In this document: one piece after another, positions 49,378 through 60,870 of the stretch
How the letters are laid out: each line of letters opens with the position of its first letter
How positions within the stretch are numbered: the first letter of the stretch is position 1
Assembly (NCBI GenBank): GCA_033764315.1
Contig: JANRJA010000172.1
Coordinates: forward strand, 14,675 to 78,674
Origin: Oculatellaceae cyanobacterium bins.114
GTDB taxonomy: Bacteria > Cyanobacteriota > Cyanobacteriia > Elainellales > Elainellaceae
Length of the DNA stretch: 64,000 nt
Direction: 5' to 3'
Program-made: the position numbers and the translations under genes
The notes under the pieces: generated by a model
The model's input: the letters and a program-made list of their open reading frames with translations, nothing else
Database searches by the model: none
What the model was told of the DNA's origin: nothing

Positions 49378-50490
49378 TCATTTGGGTTGTGGTACTGATC
49401 CTAATACCGATGCCAATGGGACTGAGTGCAGCAGGGTCAGTAGACCAAAGGCGATCGCCAACCAGATTATGAAAACAGTTCGAGTTAACTCCATTGCCCG
49501 CTCAATGCGTTCAACCGTGATCGGTTGCAGCGAGTCTCCTAAGAGTGGCTTTTGCTTAATGACCCCTCGATAGGTATTAGTGCCTCCTACCTGCACCCCC
49601 AACACAGCTGCATAGGCGCACTCGCTCCAACCAGCATTAGGACTGGGATCTTGAGGTGCATCGCGGCAGCACACCTGCCACACCTGGTTAGGCTTACCTG
49701 ACAGCAATGCCAGACTCAGTACGGTCAATCGACAGGGTAACCAGGTCAACCCATCTTCTGTCTTAGCACTAAACCAACCCAGATCCGTATAAGGTGCCTC
49801 TTTGTAGCCCACCATTGAGTCCAAGGTACTTGCAGCTTTGTATGCCAGTGCCAGCGGCACACTGCCCAGCGTTAACAATGCCCCAACGATCGCATAAAAC
49901 AGGGGAGCGATTACTCCATCCACTGCATTCTCGGTCACCGTTTCTAACACGGCTCGATGGATCTCAGGCTCTGATAACTGCTCGGTGTCACGCCCGACGT
50001 AGCGACTGAGACGCGATCGCGCTATTTTCAACTGTTCCTCGGTTGCCCTGGGTGTTCCTTTTGGCAAGGATAGCGGTTGTAAGACATCCATCGCCGCTAT
50101 TCGCAAACTCCGTCCGGCAAAGCAACTCGCCAACACCACACTGGCGATCGCCACCCCCAACAGAGGATGAATCAAATCGGCACCCCAGACGATCAACCAA
50201 CCAACCCCTCCACTGCCGCCAATGATGCCAATCCCCAGCAGCACCCCTGCTAGTCGTCGAGTTGTTGCTCCAGAAAAATGCTCTAAAACCCATTTGCTGT
50301 AGTGATGGATCACCCAGCCCATGACTTGAACCGGATGCAGCCAATTCCAGGGATCGCCAATCAGGTAGTCCAGTAAAGCGGCGATCGCCAGAATCACGAT
50401 CGAGGATTCTATAGGAAAAAAGTTTTTTACCAAAAAATAATCTGAAAAATTTGGCATGGTTAAGCGTGCTGAGTCAATCAGAGACTCCAT
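49378..50490 (-). CDS. cbiB: Adenosylcobinamide-phosphate synthase CbiB
   Basis: GDP..LHPV..MG, VGRDT, EN.VDGVIAPLFY, YKAASTLDSMVGY, SPNAGWSE; start uncertain. Confidence 0.93.
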   Translation of the reverse strand: MESLIDSARLTMPNFSDYFLVKNFFPIESSIVILAIAALLDYLIGDPWNWLHPVQVMGWVIHHYSKWVLEHFSGATTRRLAGVLLGIGIIGGSGGVGWLIVWGADLIHPLLGVAIASVVLASCFAGRSLRIAAMDVLQPLSLPKGTPRATEEQLKIARSRLSRYVGRDTEQLSEPEIHRAVLETVTENAVDGVIAPLFYAIVGALLTLGSVPLALAYKAASTLDSMVGYKEAPYTDLGWFSAKTEDGLTWLPCRLTVLSLALLSGKPNQVWQVCCRDAPQDPSPNAGWSECAYAAVLGVQVGGTNTYRGVIKQKPLLGDSLQPITVERIERAMELTRTVFIIWLAIAFGLLTLLHSVPLASVLGSVPQPK

Positions 50491-50540
50491 TGCATCATCG
50501 CATCACCCTTCCACTTTTGACCCTTTACTTCTGCCCTTCT

Positions 50541-52982
50541 TTACTTTTCCACTCCTTCACCCTTCCAGTCTTTCACCTGTTCTTGGTTTGCTCTTCTCTC
50601 TTCTTTCTCTTTTAGTTTGGGGTTTTGTTGAGATGGAATGGTAATGATAAACTCTGTGCCTTGACCGGGTTCAGAGTTGCAGTTCAACGTGCCATGATGT
50701 TTTTGCACAACGATTTGATAGCTGATTGACAGACCTAAACCCGTGCCTTTGCCAACAGGTTTGGTTGTAAAAAACGGATCAAACAGCTTTTCACGAGTTT
50801 TGCGGCTCATCCCCGGCCCATTATCGCTGATCCGAATGATGGCTAGTCCTGGGTCTTCAGTCAATTTGGCTGAAGTGGATTTGTCTGTTATCTGTAGCAA
50901 CAGGTCATCTGGCACAAACTCAGTTTTGATGGTGATAATGCGTGGCTCTGGTTGTTCTTCTAGAGCGTCGATCGCATTCACCAAAATATTCATAAACACC
51001 TGGTTGAGTTGCCCCGGATAGCACTCTACGGCTGGGAGTTCGCCGTAATGCTTGATCACTTGAATGCCACTGCCAATAGAAAATGACTTGAGGCGATTAT
51101 GCAGAATTAATAGAGTGCTATCAATGCCCTCATGCACATCGACAGGTTTCATCTCGGCTTCGTCTAAGCGAGAGAAGTTGCGAAGTGAAAGCACAATTTG
51201 GCGAATTCGATCGGCACCAATTTTCATGGATGCCAATAGTCGAGGTAAATCTTCTGAGAGGAAGTCAATATCAATTAACTCAATTTGAGATTGAACAGCA
51301 GGATGCGGTTCAGGATAGTGTTCTTGATAAAGCTGAATCAGGTGCAATAGGTCTTTAATATAGTTGTGGGCATGGGTCAGGTTGCCATTAATAAAATTAA
51401 CTGGATTGTTAATCTCATGGGCAATTCCGGCGACCATTTGCCCTAAACCCGACATTTTTTCAGTTTGAATCAGTTGGGCTTGAGTGTGTTGCAAATCCTG
51501 TAATGCCTCAGCCAGTTGTTGAGCTTGAGTTTCAGCGGCAAAGGCGGCGGCTCGCGTTTTGGCATATAGCTCGGCTTGATCGATGGCGATCGCCACCTGA
51601 TCGACCACCGCTTGTAACAAGTCAACTTCACTATCGGCCCAAATCCGAGAACTGCCATGACTACAAACGATCGCCCCTAATTGACCAGAGCGAGTTTCTA
51701 ACGGAATCATCAGTTGTGCTGTGACTTGAGCTTCACTGAGCAAGATTTTGAGTCTAGGGTCAGGCTCTGTCTCATCAATGTTGTTGATTCGGATAATATT
51801 TTGGTTAAAAATTTTGTCAGCTAAAATCTCTACCTGGCTCAGGGGGCAATCTCCTAAGAGACTTGAAAATTCAGAGTTACGAGCTTCATGAGTAACCACT
51901 AAATCGGGGTGCTCATGGTTGATCCAACACCAGACAAAGTGACACCGATCGATTTTTAGGAGTGCCCGAATTTCACTGACGGTAGTTTTAAGAATGACAT
52001 CCAGGTTGAGTGAATCTCGAATCTGGCTTGCCAATTGAAACAAAAGAGCCTCGCGCCGACTCAACAACTCTTCGCGTGCCCAAATGCGATCGATTGCGAC
52101 AGCAATGCTATGGGCTAACCAACCCAACGTATTGCACACAGTTTCAGTCAATGCTTTGCGACTAAAGAGAGCAAGCACCCCTACCAATTGCTCTTCTACG
52201 ATTAAGGGGTATCCTGCAAAACCCACTAATTCTTCTCGTTGAGCCCACTCTCGGTTACCAATGCAGACATCATTAACAACATCATTGGTCGTGTAAGGTT
52301 GGCAGGTCTGGGCAATATAGCCGATGATCGAAATTCCCAAGGGAATGCGACTGTGAAATTCGCTAGTGTCGTCGTGTTGTCCGGCGATCGCCTGCAACTC
52401 TAACAATTTTGTCTCTGGATCAAACGTCCAAAATCGGACGGAGGTCGCCCCCAAATATTGCACCATAGCCTCAGCGCAATATTCCAACGTATCGGTCAAC
52501 CCTCCGCCTTGGGATAGGGTGACGCCAACGGTTGCGCCCAACTCGGCTAGTTGCGATCGCTCCCACAAGGCCAGTTCAGTTTGCTTGCGTTGGGTGATGT
52601 CAGTGCGAATCGATACATATTGATCGGGCTTCCCATCCTCTCCCATCACCGGAACGATAGTGCTATCGACCCAATATAAACTGCCATCTTTTGCCCGATT
52701 ACAGATTTCCCCCTTCCACACCTCGCCTCTAGCGATCGTCTCCCACATTTTGCTAAAGAAGGAGCGGGAGTGATAACCCGAATTGAGAATTCGGTGATTT
52801 TGCCCAATTAGCTCAGAGCTACTGTATTGAGAGATTTTGCAAAACCGCTGATTGGCGTAGGTAATCATACCCTGACAATCAGTGATGGCAATGATCGCAT
52901 GTTGGTCAAGCGCAAATTTTAACGTTTCTAACTCTTGATCAGAGCGGATCTCATTCGTTAAGCTGTGAGACTTTATAGACAT
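50541..52982 (-). CDS. PAS-GAF-GAF histidine kinase
   Basis: Aer/NifL-like PAS (NHRILNSG.H...F..MW.TI..G..WKGEI.NRAKDG), [15 protein letters not shown]. Confidence 0.93.
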   Translation of the reverse strand: MSIKSHSLTNEIRSDQELETLKFALDQHAIIAITDCQGMITYANQRFCKISQYSSSELIGQNHRILNSGYHSRSFFSKMWETIARGEVWKGEICNRAKDGSLYWVDSTIVPVMGEDGKPDQYVSIRTDITQRKQTELALWERSQLAELGATVGVTLSQGGGLTDTLEYCAEAMVQYLGATSVRFWTFDPETKLLELQAIAGQHDDTSEFHSRIPLGISIIGYIAQTCQPYTTNDVVNDVCIGNREWAQREELVGFAGYPLIVEEQLVGVLALFSRKALTETVCNTLGWLAHSIAVAIDRIWAREELLSRREALLFQLASQIRDSLNLDVILKTTVSEIRALLKIDRCHFVWCWINHEHPDLVVTHEARNSEFSSLLGDCPLSQVEILADKIFNQNIIRINNIDETEPDPRLKILLSEAQVTAQLMIPLETRSGQLGAIVCSHGSSRIWADSEVDLLQAVVDQVAIAIDQAELYAKTRAAAFAAETQAQQLAEALQDLQHTQAQLIQTEKMSGLGQMVAGIAHEINNPVNFINGNLTHAHNYIKDLLHLIQLYQEHYPEPHPAVQSQIELIDIDFLSEDLPRLLASMKIGADRIRQIVLSLRNFSRLDEAEMKPVDVHEGIDSTLLILHNRLKSFSIGSGIQVIKHYGELPAVECYPGQLNQVFMNILVNAIDALEEQPEPRIITIKTEFVPDDLLLQITDKSTSAKLTEDPGLAIIRISDNGPGMSRKTREKLFDPFFTTKPVGKGTGLGLSISYQIVVQKHHGTLNCNSEPGQGTEFIITIPSQQNPKLKEKEERRANQEQVKDWKGEGVEK

Positions 52983-53801
52983 GGGTTAACCCTCTGGTTA
53001 AGGTTATACCTGTAATGCAGCAACCTGATAAAAGCAAGATTTGGGTCTAACGGTGAGCCAATTTGAAGGGCAGATGGTTGATCCTGCGTTCTCTGCTAAT
53101 TAAGGTGTTAGCGATAGTTTGCCCACAACTTCAGTTATTACCCCTAGAAATACCTAGATATAAATTCTATTTTGTTTAGGGAGATATGACGGTTATCTTT
53201 GGGCACAAATTTTTTGAATAGTACGTATTTTTACTGCCGATGAGTATAAAAATAAACTTATTTTTTGAAGAAAATAGGATTATTTGAGTACGTGTATCTA
53301 TGTAATTTGGCTACGTTAAAACACAACAATGAATACTGAAGTAGATTCACATAAATTAACTGTTACATAGAGCGATCGCTCTAAAGAACTCAAACTCGTA
53401 AACTTAACAAAATGGAACAATTTGAGTTTCCTGAGAGGTCAGAGATTGAGGACAAAGCCAATAATTTGTAAACAGGTTGTAACTGGAACCAGTTGGCTTT
53501 GTGGATAACAGTTCTTTGTTTAGTAAAACCTGAAGGCTGCAAACTGTCACTGAGTTGGTAAGCGATTTTACAGTGACTTTGTAGAATGCCTTTTCTCTTA
53601 ACAGAAAATTTATTGGATATTACGGATATCAATTTACTTTATAAAGACAGCTTTATAAAGCTGTGTAAAAAAGGGAGATCGATTACTAAAGACTTCCTAG
53701 AATTTTCTCTGCACACAGTCATTAACGTGTATTTTGGGCATTATGTAGGTGCACATTTTTCTGATTAATTCACCTAAATTGTCGCGATCGCCCTAAACCC
53801 T

Positions 53802-54188
53802 ATGTCTTCTCCTATTCCAACCATTTTGGTGATTGACGATAGCCTACTGATGCAAGAAATGATTAAACAGGCGATTGGGGATCGCTATCAACTGTTAACG
53901 GCTACGAATGCGATAGACGCTTTATCGTTGTTAGCGAGTGAACCCGTATCAGTCGTGTTGCTAGATATCTCAATGCCTGAGATCGATGGTTATGAGTTGT
54001 GTCGCACTCTGCGAAACCTGCCTCAGTTTCGACACTTGCCAATTATTATGTTGACGGCACGAGATGGCGTGTTTGATCGGGTTCAAGGGCGTTTAGCTGG
54101 AGCGACTGAATATTTGACTAAGCCGTTTGATGCAGCGAGGCTAAATTACATTATCGAACGCTCTATTCAAAGTGGCACACACGTTTGA
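53802..54188 (+). CDS. Single-domain response regulator
   Basis: VIDDS, LLDISMP, MLTA, YLTKPF. Confidence 0.93.
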   Translation: MSSPIPTILVIDDSLLMQEMIKQAIGDRYQLLTATNAIDALSLLASEPVSVVLLDISMPEIDGYELCRTLRNLPQFRHLPIIMLTARDGVFDRVQGRLAGATEYLTKPFDAARLNYIIERSIQSGTHV

Positions 54189-54568
54189 GTCAGCGAATGA
54201 GTTAGTGAAGCAATACGAACTCGGCAGAGCGTTCAGCCAAGACACGCTGTGCTTATCAATACTTTGCTCACTAGCATAGATACTAATGCCAGTGGAAGGC
54301 ACTGGAGGAACGTATCCAATTGACAGATGTTGATTGGGTTAAGTTGCAGCACCCAACTTTTGCGTAGGTTGCTGTGTGGATTACTGCGTGGATTACTTTT
54401 GTGTGGGTTGAGGCGATCGCTTACCCAGCTACAGAGATCCAGCCGTTTAAGCTTGCTGGGTCAATTGATTGAGAGAAGCACAAAATTCAATGCCTGTATC
54501 GGTTCCAACACGCTCATTGGAGCCACAAAAACCTGGGGTGTGAGCGCGACTCAAGCCAAAATATGGCT

Positions 54569-54742
54569 CTACTGCTCGTCTAGCTCTTCAATGCCCGCCA
54601 TGCCAATCATACTGATGCCCAAAATGCCAACGGCAAACAAACCCAAGTTCATCAATGGGTTTAAGAAATTTTGGAAAGTCAGCACCCAACAAAGAGCTAA
54701 GGTAGTGGCAAGGATGGTCAGAAAAAGCTTGAGAATATTCAT
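54569..54742 (-). CDS. Small two-TM membrane protein (57 aa), absent from the ORF track
   Basis: MNILKLFLTILATTLALCWVLTFQNFLNPLMNLGLFAVGILGISMIGMAGIEELDEQ*; AGGT upstream. Confidence 0.6.
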   Translation of the reverse strand: MNILKLFLTILATTLALCWVLTFQNFLNPLMNLGLFAVGILGISMIGMAGIEELDEQ

Positions 54743-54923
54743 TGACTTAACCTAATGAAGCAGAGTATTACCCATATTCAAGCTAGAGGATGGGTATTTT
54801 TCAGGCATCCATCACTTTACTCGTCCAATCGGGTGAAAAGAGTTCACTCCGTAACATTACTCATGAATCGCTAAAATTTTAATTGTGTCTTCATCTTGCT
54901 GACCCTTCACTTACTTAAACTTT

Positions 54924-56372
54924 ATGTCTGTTCGCGTCCGCATTGCTCCTAGTCCCACTGGAAACCTTCATATTGGCACCGCTCGCACCGCTGTATTTAA
55001 CTGGCTATTTGCTCGTCATCATGGCGGACAGTTTATTTTGCGGGTTGAAGACACCGATCTAGAGCGATCGCGCCCTGAATTTACGCAAAACATTCAAGAG
55101 GGGTTGACCTGGTTGGGGTTGACCTGGGATGAAGGGCCATTCTTTCAAACGGATCGAATGGATTTGTATCGGCAAAAAGTTCAGATGTTGTTGGACAAAG
55201 GCTTAGCCTATTACGCCTATGACACCCCTGAAGAACTGGACGCTATGCGAGAGTTGCAAAAAGCCAAGGGGGAAGCCCCCCGCTATGACAATCGCCATCG
55301 CCAGTTGACCCCAGAGCAAATCGCTGCCTTTCAGGCAGAGGGACGCAAGCCCGTGATTCGCTTTAAGATTGACGATGGCCGCGAGATCACCTGGACTGAT
55401 TTGGTGCGAGGTGATGTCACCTGGAAGGGGCGAGACTTGGGCGGAGATATGGTGATTGCCCGCGCCGCTGAGGCGGATGGCGTGGGTCAACCGCTTTATA
55501 ACTTTGTTGTCGTGGTAGACGACATTGATATGCAGATCAGCCATGTGATTCGTGGAGAAGACCATATTGGCAATACCCCTAAACAGATCTTGCTGTATGA
55601 GGCACTGGGCGCAACCATTCCTCAGTTTGGACACACGCCCCTGATTTTGAATCAAGCGGGAGCCAAGCTGTCAAAACGAGATGGGGTGACGTCGATCTTT
55701 GATTTCAAACGCATGGGGTACACTGCCGAAGCGATCGCCAACTATATGACATTGTTGGGGTGGTCGCCCCCTGAAGGAATGGCAGAAATCTTTTCATTGC
55801 CAGAGGCAGCCCAACGGTTTGGGTTTGAGCGGGTAAACAAAGCTGGAGCCAAGTTTGATTGGGACAAGTTGAACTGGATCAACAGCCAATATCTGCATCA
55901 TATGCCGCTCGATCACCTGACTAATTTGCTGATTCCCTATTGGCAAGAAGCCGGATATGCCTTTGATGCTCAAGCCGATCGCCCCTGGCTAGAACAAGTC
56001 ACTACCCTCATTCAAGCGAGTCTGGCACGCTTAGATGAAGCGGTGGAGATGACCCGTTATCTGTTTGTGGCGGATGTGGGCTTCACTGAAGCGGCAACTA
56101 CTCAACTGCAACAAGAAGGAACTGCGATCGCTCTGCAAGGAATCTTAAAGGGACTTGGAGAAACACCTGACTTTAGCAGTGATGCGGCTCAAGCCCTGGT
56201 GCAGCAGGTTGTGGCGGCTGAAAAGCTGAAAAAAGGGTTGGTGATGCGATCGCTGCGAGCAGCGTTAACGGGGGATATGCATGGGCCCGATCTGGTGCAA
56301 TCATGGGTGTTGCTCCATCAAAATGGAGTGGATCAACAACGGCTGCAACAGGCGATCGCCATTGCTCAATAG
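54924..56372 (+). CDS. gltX: Glutamate--tRNA ligase
   Basis: [23 protein letters not shown]. Confidence 0.98.
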   Translation: MSVRVRIAPSPTGNLHIGTARTAVFNWLFARHHGGQFILRVEDTDLERSRPEFTQNIQEGLTWLGLTWDEGPFFQTDRMDLYRQKVQMLLDKGLAYYAYDTPEELDAMRELQKAKGEAPRYDNRHRQLTPEQIAAFQAEGRKPVIRFKIDDGREITWTDLVRGDVTWKGRDLGGDMVIARAAEADGVGQPLYNFVVVVDDIDMQISHVIRGEDHIGNTPKQILLYEALGATIPQFGHTPLILNQAGAKLSKRDGVTSIFDFKRMGYTAEAIANYMTLLGWSPPEGMAEIFSLPEAAQRFGFERVNKAGAKFDWDKLNWINSQYLHHMPLDHLTNLLIPYWQEAGYAFDAQADRPWLEQVTTLIQASLARLDEAVEMTRYLFVADVGFTEAATTQLQQEGTAIALQGILKGLGETPDFSSDAAQALVQQVVAAEKLKKGLVMRSLRAALTGDMHGPDLVQSWVLLHQNGVDQQRLQQAIAIAQ

Positions 56373-56529
56373 CAATTGATGCCTCTGCCTGTGCCAGGGC
56401 TGAACACGGAACTATGCCCTGTTCCAACTCGTCAAAGAAAATCTGAGGAGTCCCTGTTCAGTCCTGGATATCGTTGTGAATCTTACTTCCTTGTCCACTC
56501 GTTTTCTCTACCCCTGCCCTTCAATTACC

Positions 56530-57045
56530 ATGTCTACTCATCGCTTGAATGTGGGAACTACGCTATCGATGGCGATCGTAGCCATGACTGGCATTGTTGC
56601 TAGTTTAGGGAGTCCCTTACCCACAAAGGCACAAATCGCTCAATCGCAGCCCCTGACTATCTTTGAAAATGTCACCCTCAGTCCTAATTTTTCACCCAAT
56701 CCCACTACAGTGCGGGGCATTAGTGGCGGCCCTCGTCCGGCTAATGAGTTAATGGGACGAGCCGACACTGCAACGGGTCCATGTGTTGGTTACATTGATG
56801 AGCAACCCGACCACACTGTCACCCTCTCTCAGTTTTTTAATTATTTAAGCTTGCAGGTTGAAAGTGCAGATGACACCACAATCGTGGTGCGAGGTCCTGG
56901 TGGCACCTGGTGCAATGACGACTATAACGGGGTAAACCCAGGCATTGCAGGACAGTGGCTCTCAGGCACCTATGAGGTTTGGGTTGGCTCCTATGAGAGC
57001 AATCAATATTCTCCCTATGTGATTCGGATCTCAGATACACGGTAG
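56530..57045 (+). CDS. Secreted beta-sandwich (PPC-like) hypothetical protein
   Basis: Signal peptide, C.GY...PDH, DTT.VV.GP...WCNDD, GTY.VWVGS. Confidence 0.75.
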   Translation: MSTHRLNVGTTLSMAIVAMTGIVASLGSPLPTKAQIAQSQPLTIFENVTLSPNFSPNPTTVRGISGGPRPANELMGRADTATGPCVGYIDEQPDHTVTLSQFFNYLSLQVESADDTTIVVRGPGGTWCNDDYNGVNPGIAGQWLSGTYEVWVGSYESNQYSPYVIRISDTR

Positions 57046-57242
57046 ACGGTAGGCGTTTGCTCAAATCAGAATGGGGCTGCAATAGATGACAGTGCTTTTG
57101 AATGGGTTGGGTGTTGATCGGTAAGACCCCAGTTCATAGCCCTAGTCTTTATTCTCTGCTTGAAATGTATCTTTTGTCACATCCTTGTTGCCCTGAGCAT
57201 GGCATTTTGCCCTAATAGGCAAACGTTGATTGCAGGGACGCC

Positions 57243-58667
57243 ATGAGCCGCTCGACTGAAGTAGAACCCAATTCCTCGCCAAACCCAGGATTACCTAAAG
57301 ATGAGGGGGCGATCGCCCGATTCTTTAAGTTTTCAGAACTCAATACTAATTTCCGCATCGAAATTATTGCAGGTGCGACCACGTTCGTCACGATGGCATA
57401 CATTCTCGTGGTGAACCCCAGCATTCTCTCAAACGCCATCTTTTTGCAACAGTCTGGCGATTTGTTTGGGGAGTTGGTGATTGCAACAGCCGTCTCTGCG
57501 GCGATCGCCACGCTGATTCTGGGTCTGTTGTCCAACTATCCCTTTGCGATGGCACCTGGCATGGGACTCAATGCCTTCTTTGCCTTCTCAGTCGTTTTAG
57601 GATTGGGAATCAGTTGGCGGTTGGCATTGGGAGCCGTTTTGGTGGAAGGGTTGGTGCTGGTTTTGCTGACGGCTTCCAGCATTCGCAGTCAAATGATTAC
57701 TGCCATTCCCGAATGTCTCAAACGAGCAACAGCCGTGGGGATTGGTTTATTTATCGCTTACATTGGCTTGTCGGGCGATCCGGCAGTCGGAGGAGCAGGG
57801 TTAATTGTGGCGAGCGATGCAACCAAAACCACCTTGGGGGCGTTGGGCAATCCTTCAACCTTAATGGCGATCGCTGGAATTCTCATCACCTCTGCATTTA
57901 TTGCCCGCCGTATCAAGGGAGCATTGCTGTGGGGCATGTTGGCAACCGCTCTATTAGGCTGGATTTTGGGAGTTGCTCCCTGGCCTCAAGGAATTGTGGC
58001 TCTGCCTCAGCTTCCGGTCGATCTGGTCGGTCAAGCCTTTGTTGGATTGGGTCAACTGAATGGGGCAAACCTGACCAACTTTTTGGCAGTTGTGTTTGTT
58101 TTGATGTTTGTAGATTTGTTTGACACAGTCGGAACCTTGGCAGGGGTGGGTGTGCAGGCAGGCATGATCAACGAACAAGGAGAATTGCCTCGCTCTGGGC
58201 GCACCTTTGTGGGTGACTCAGTGGGGACTGTAGTGGGTGCGGTGATGGGCACCTCGACCGTCACGACCTATATCGAGTCGGCAGCAGGGGTCTCTGAAGG
58301 AGGACGCTCTGGTTTTACAGCAGTGACGGTTGCCGGATTTTTCTTGCTGGCCGTTTTCTTTATTCCTCTCTTTGCCGCTATTCCTGCGTTTGCCACAACG
58401 GCGGCTTTGCTAATTGTGGGGGTCTTAATGGCAGGTAATGTGGTTGGTATCAATTGGGCTGATCCAGCGGAGTCGATTCCCTGCTTTTTGACCATTATCA
58501 TGATGCCTCTCACCTTCTCGATCGCGGAAGGTTTGGCAGTGGGTTTCGTGACCTATCCCATCATCAAAGCGTTTCAAGGGAAAGCTCACGAAGTGGGTTT
58601 ACCCGTGTGGATTTTGGCAGGTGTCTTCTTGTTGCGCTTTGTTTTGCTAGGCATGGGTGTTGCCTGA
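57243..58667 (+). CDS. NCS2/AzgA family purine permease
   Basis: EIIAGATTFVTMAYI.VVNP, APGMGLNAFF, FDTVGT, YIESAAG..EGGRSG. Confidence 0.93.
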   Translation: MSRSTEVEPNSSPNPGLPKDEGAIARFFKFSELNTNFRIEIIAGATTFVTMAYILVVNPSILSNAIFLQQSGDLFGELVIATAVSAAIATLILGLLSNYPFAMAPGMGLNAFFAFSVVLGLGISWRLALGAVLVEGLVLVLLTASSIRSQMITAIPECLKRATAVGIGLFIAYIGLSGDPAVGGAGLIVASDATKTTLGALGNPSTLMAIAGILITSAFIARRIKGALLWGMLATALLGWILGVAPWPQGIVALPQLPVDLVGQAFVGLGQLNGANLTNFLAVVFVLMFVDLFDTVGTLAGVGVQAGMINEQGELPRSGRTFVGDSVGTVVGAVMGTSTVTTYIESAAGVSEGGRSGFTAVTVAGFFLLAVFFIPLFAAIPAFATTAALLIVGVLMAGNVVGINWADPAESIPCFLTIIMMPLTFSIAEGLAVGFVTYPIIKAFQGKAHEVGLPVWILAGVFLLRFVLLGMGVA

Positions 58668-59120
58668 GGATTGCTGAATCCGTTTGGTCATTAGGTAATA
58701 ATGGCGATCGCCAAAGCCGACTTTGCGGTAAAACTGCTGGGCTTTGGCGTTTTCGTGTTCGACCTCCAGGTGCAGTGCCTTAATCTCTAACTCTTGACAC
58801 ATGGATTCCAAAAAATCGAGAGTTTTTGTTCCAACTCCTTGACCACGATAGTCTTTCTGCACAAACAACTCATCGATAAAAGCATCTTGTCCACCAAATT
58901 CCAGGCTGTAGCCCAGCGTCAACACTCCATAGCCGATCGCCTCTGCTTCATGGCAAATCAACCAGATTCGCCCCAATGTTGGATCGTTGAGTAATCGGAG
59001 CAACGCCGCCTCAGCTCTCGCTGGTTCAAACACTGCTCCATCTTGTTCATATAACTGCTGCATAAAGCTCAGCAACAGAGCCACATCTGCGATCGCAGCA
59101 GGCTTAAAGTTAATGTTCAT
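58647..59120 (-). CDS. GNAT family acetyltransferase
   Basis: IDELFV..YRGQGVG, LEV...N..A..FY...GF. Confidence 0.9.
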   Translation of the reverse strand: MNINFKPAAIADVALLLSFMQQLYEQDGAVFEPARAEAALLRLLNDPTLGRIWLICHEAEAIGYGVLTLGYSLEFGGQDAFIDELFVQKDYRGQGVGTKTLDFLESMCQELEIKALHLEVEHENAKAQQFYRKVGFGDRHYYLMTKRIQQSSGNTHA

Positions 59121-59306
59121 TGTTCACGTTTTTACGTTCATCCTCCTTCAAAAGAAGATAATTACAGCAGAAACAATGAATATAGGAATATAGTCTCAGC
59201 TCTTTCAAGAAAAATATTGATGAAAACTCTGTATGAGCGTGGAAGTAAATTCTCGTCAGAGAAGACTACGATTGAGCTAAATTGCAATAGCAGTTTTATC
59301 CTCCTA

Positions 59307-59408
59307 AAGTAGGTGGGTAAAATTAAATATAAGATGAATGCAGATTAGGTTGAAGCATGAAACCCAAAGCCCGCATGAATTACGCGATCGAGTTATGCCT
59401 TCCTACTT
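59307..59408. mobile_element. ~100-bp MITE-like element
   Basis: Imperfect inverted ends AAGTAGGTGGGTAAAA ... TTATGCCTTCCTACTT. Confidence 0.55.
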
Positions 59409-59433
59409 AACGCGATGTGCAACTTAGAGGTTT

Positions 59434-59499
59434 AGATCCCCGGTTGCTTATTCAGCATCCTCAAAGTAGTTTGATTTGCGTCACAGCAACCGGGGATCT
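59434..59499. mobile_element. GATCCCCGG-family inverted-repeat element
   Basis: AGATCCCCGGTTGCT ... AGCAACCGGGGATCT; interior similar to 18661-18731. Confidence 0.75.
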
Positions 59500-59534
59500 G
59501 GGGAAAGCTGCACATGGGGCTACTTATCACTAAG

Positions 59535-59735
59535 TTAGGCAGTGGTTTCCAGGAGAATTTGTTGCCAGGAGTTGGGGCTTCGTTGACTGATATAAAGCAC
59601 TTCGATACCAACGACTTTCCCCTCAGCGTTGTAATCCAGGATGATGCCATCGCTGACTTCTTCGGACTCGATAATGGCTGTATTATCGAGGCGTAAGTAT
59701 AGAGCATCATCGTCTTTATGGACAGTTAGCTTCAT
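59535..59735 (-). CDS. DUF2283 family protein (putative antitoxin)
   Basis: DALYLRL, ESEEV..GIILDY...GKVVGIEVL. Confidence 0.88.
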   Translation of the reverse strand: MKLTVHKDDDALYLRLDNTAIIESEEVSDGIILDYNAEGKVVGIEVLYISQRSPNSWQQILLETTA

Positions 59736-59980
59736 TTGACTCTCCTATCAAAAAAGAGGGTTACAACTCGGTTTGGATCAACATTAGGATTAACGACCAC
59801 ACGTAGCCATCGATCACCGAAATCTGCTATCTGTTTCAAGTAGTGAGTGTTGCCGTGAGAATCGCCGAGAGTTAACAGTTGATCGGGTGTCGATAGGGTC
59901 TCCACTAGCCAGACTATCTGAATGTTGCGCTCTTGCATTTGCGAACGGGCATGTTCAGAGAGTTCAAATCCGTCTATCAT
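59732..59980 (-). CDS. DUF4258 family protein (putative toxin)
   Basis: SEHA..QM.ER.I, LRVVV, VVTLFFDR; ATGA overlap with the DUF2283 gene. Confidence 0.85.
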   Translation of the reverse strand: MIDGFELSEHARSQMQERNIQIVWLVETLSTPDQLLTLGDSHGNTHYLKQIADFGDRWLRVVVNPNVDPNRVVTLFFDRRVK

Positions 59981-60176
59981 CCTTTCTCTTTCACTGCAAT
60001 AGATCGCCCGTTCTGCATGGATCAGTATTACCGATTAAGCTCTTGCTGAGCCGTTTTGCTGCCTAATATCTTAATCATAAATCTATTGAAAATCATTCTT
60101 ATTGGCTTAGAAATTCCTGTGAATTTCATGATAGGCTTCCCAGCACAAGGTTTTATTAGAGGAAAGGCGATCGCGG

Positions 60177-60815
60177 GTGGATACCTTGACTAAGGCGATT
60201 GATTACGCCACAAGCAATATCGACGATTTGCTGACAGCCTTGCAGCAACACCTGTGGCTGGTACTAATTCCTTTGGGGATTGGATTGCTGATTGGGCTAC
60301 CGATGGGGCTGTGGAGTGCGCGATCGCGCCTTGCCTCGACGGTGCTGATCAATGGCTTTAATGCGTTGCGGGTGATTCCCAGTCTGGCGATTTTGTTTTT
60401 GGCGATTCCCTATTTTGGCTTGAGTTTTCAGTCAGCGGCGATCGCCCTCACGCTGTTGGTCATGCCTCCCATTTTGATTAGCACTGATGTTGCGTTTCGC
60501 AGTGTTGACCCCATGATTCGAGAGGCAGCGTATGGCATGGGTATGACTCACGGGCAAGTGTTGCGCCTGGTGGAGATTCCACTGGCGTTACCTGTTGTTG
60601 TTGCAGGCATTAAAACGGCAACAGTCGAAGTGATTGCCAGTGCGACATTAGCGGCTTTTATTGGGGCTGGAGGATTGGGTACTTTTGTGGTGCTAGGGTT
60701 TTCGCTCTATGACAACTCGGTGTTGCTGGTAGGGGCGATTCCGGTGGCGGTTCTAGCATTACTGGCTGAGATTAGCCTAAGTTTGCTGCAACGGGCTGTG
60801 CAACCGCCAGTGTAG
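60177..60815 (+). CDS. Osmoprotectant ABC transporter permease
   Basis: IPSLA, EAAYGMGM, EIPLALP, AAFIGAGGLG; GTG start with GAGG RBS. Confidence 0.92.
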   Translation: MDTLTKAIDYATSNIDDLLTALQQHLWLVLIPLGIGLLIGLPMGLWSARSRLASTVLINGFNALRVIPSLAILFLAIPYFGLSFQSAAIALTLLVMPPILISTDVAFRSVDPMIREAAYGMGMTHGQVLRLVEIPLALPVVVAGIKTATVEVIASATLAAFIGAGGLGTFVVLGFSLYDNSVLLVGAIPVAVLALLAEISLSLLQRAVQPPV

Positions 60816-60870
60816 AGGGCAAGAGGATGGCTTACTTAACTCGCAATGCTCTTCTACTTACCACTCTCTT

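Noticed and set aside
54327..54755. 142-aa plus-strand ORF
   Set aside because: Odd composition, no motif, overlaps a more plausible minus-strand membrane ORF
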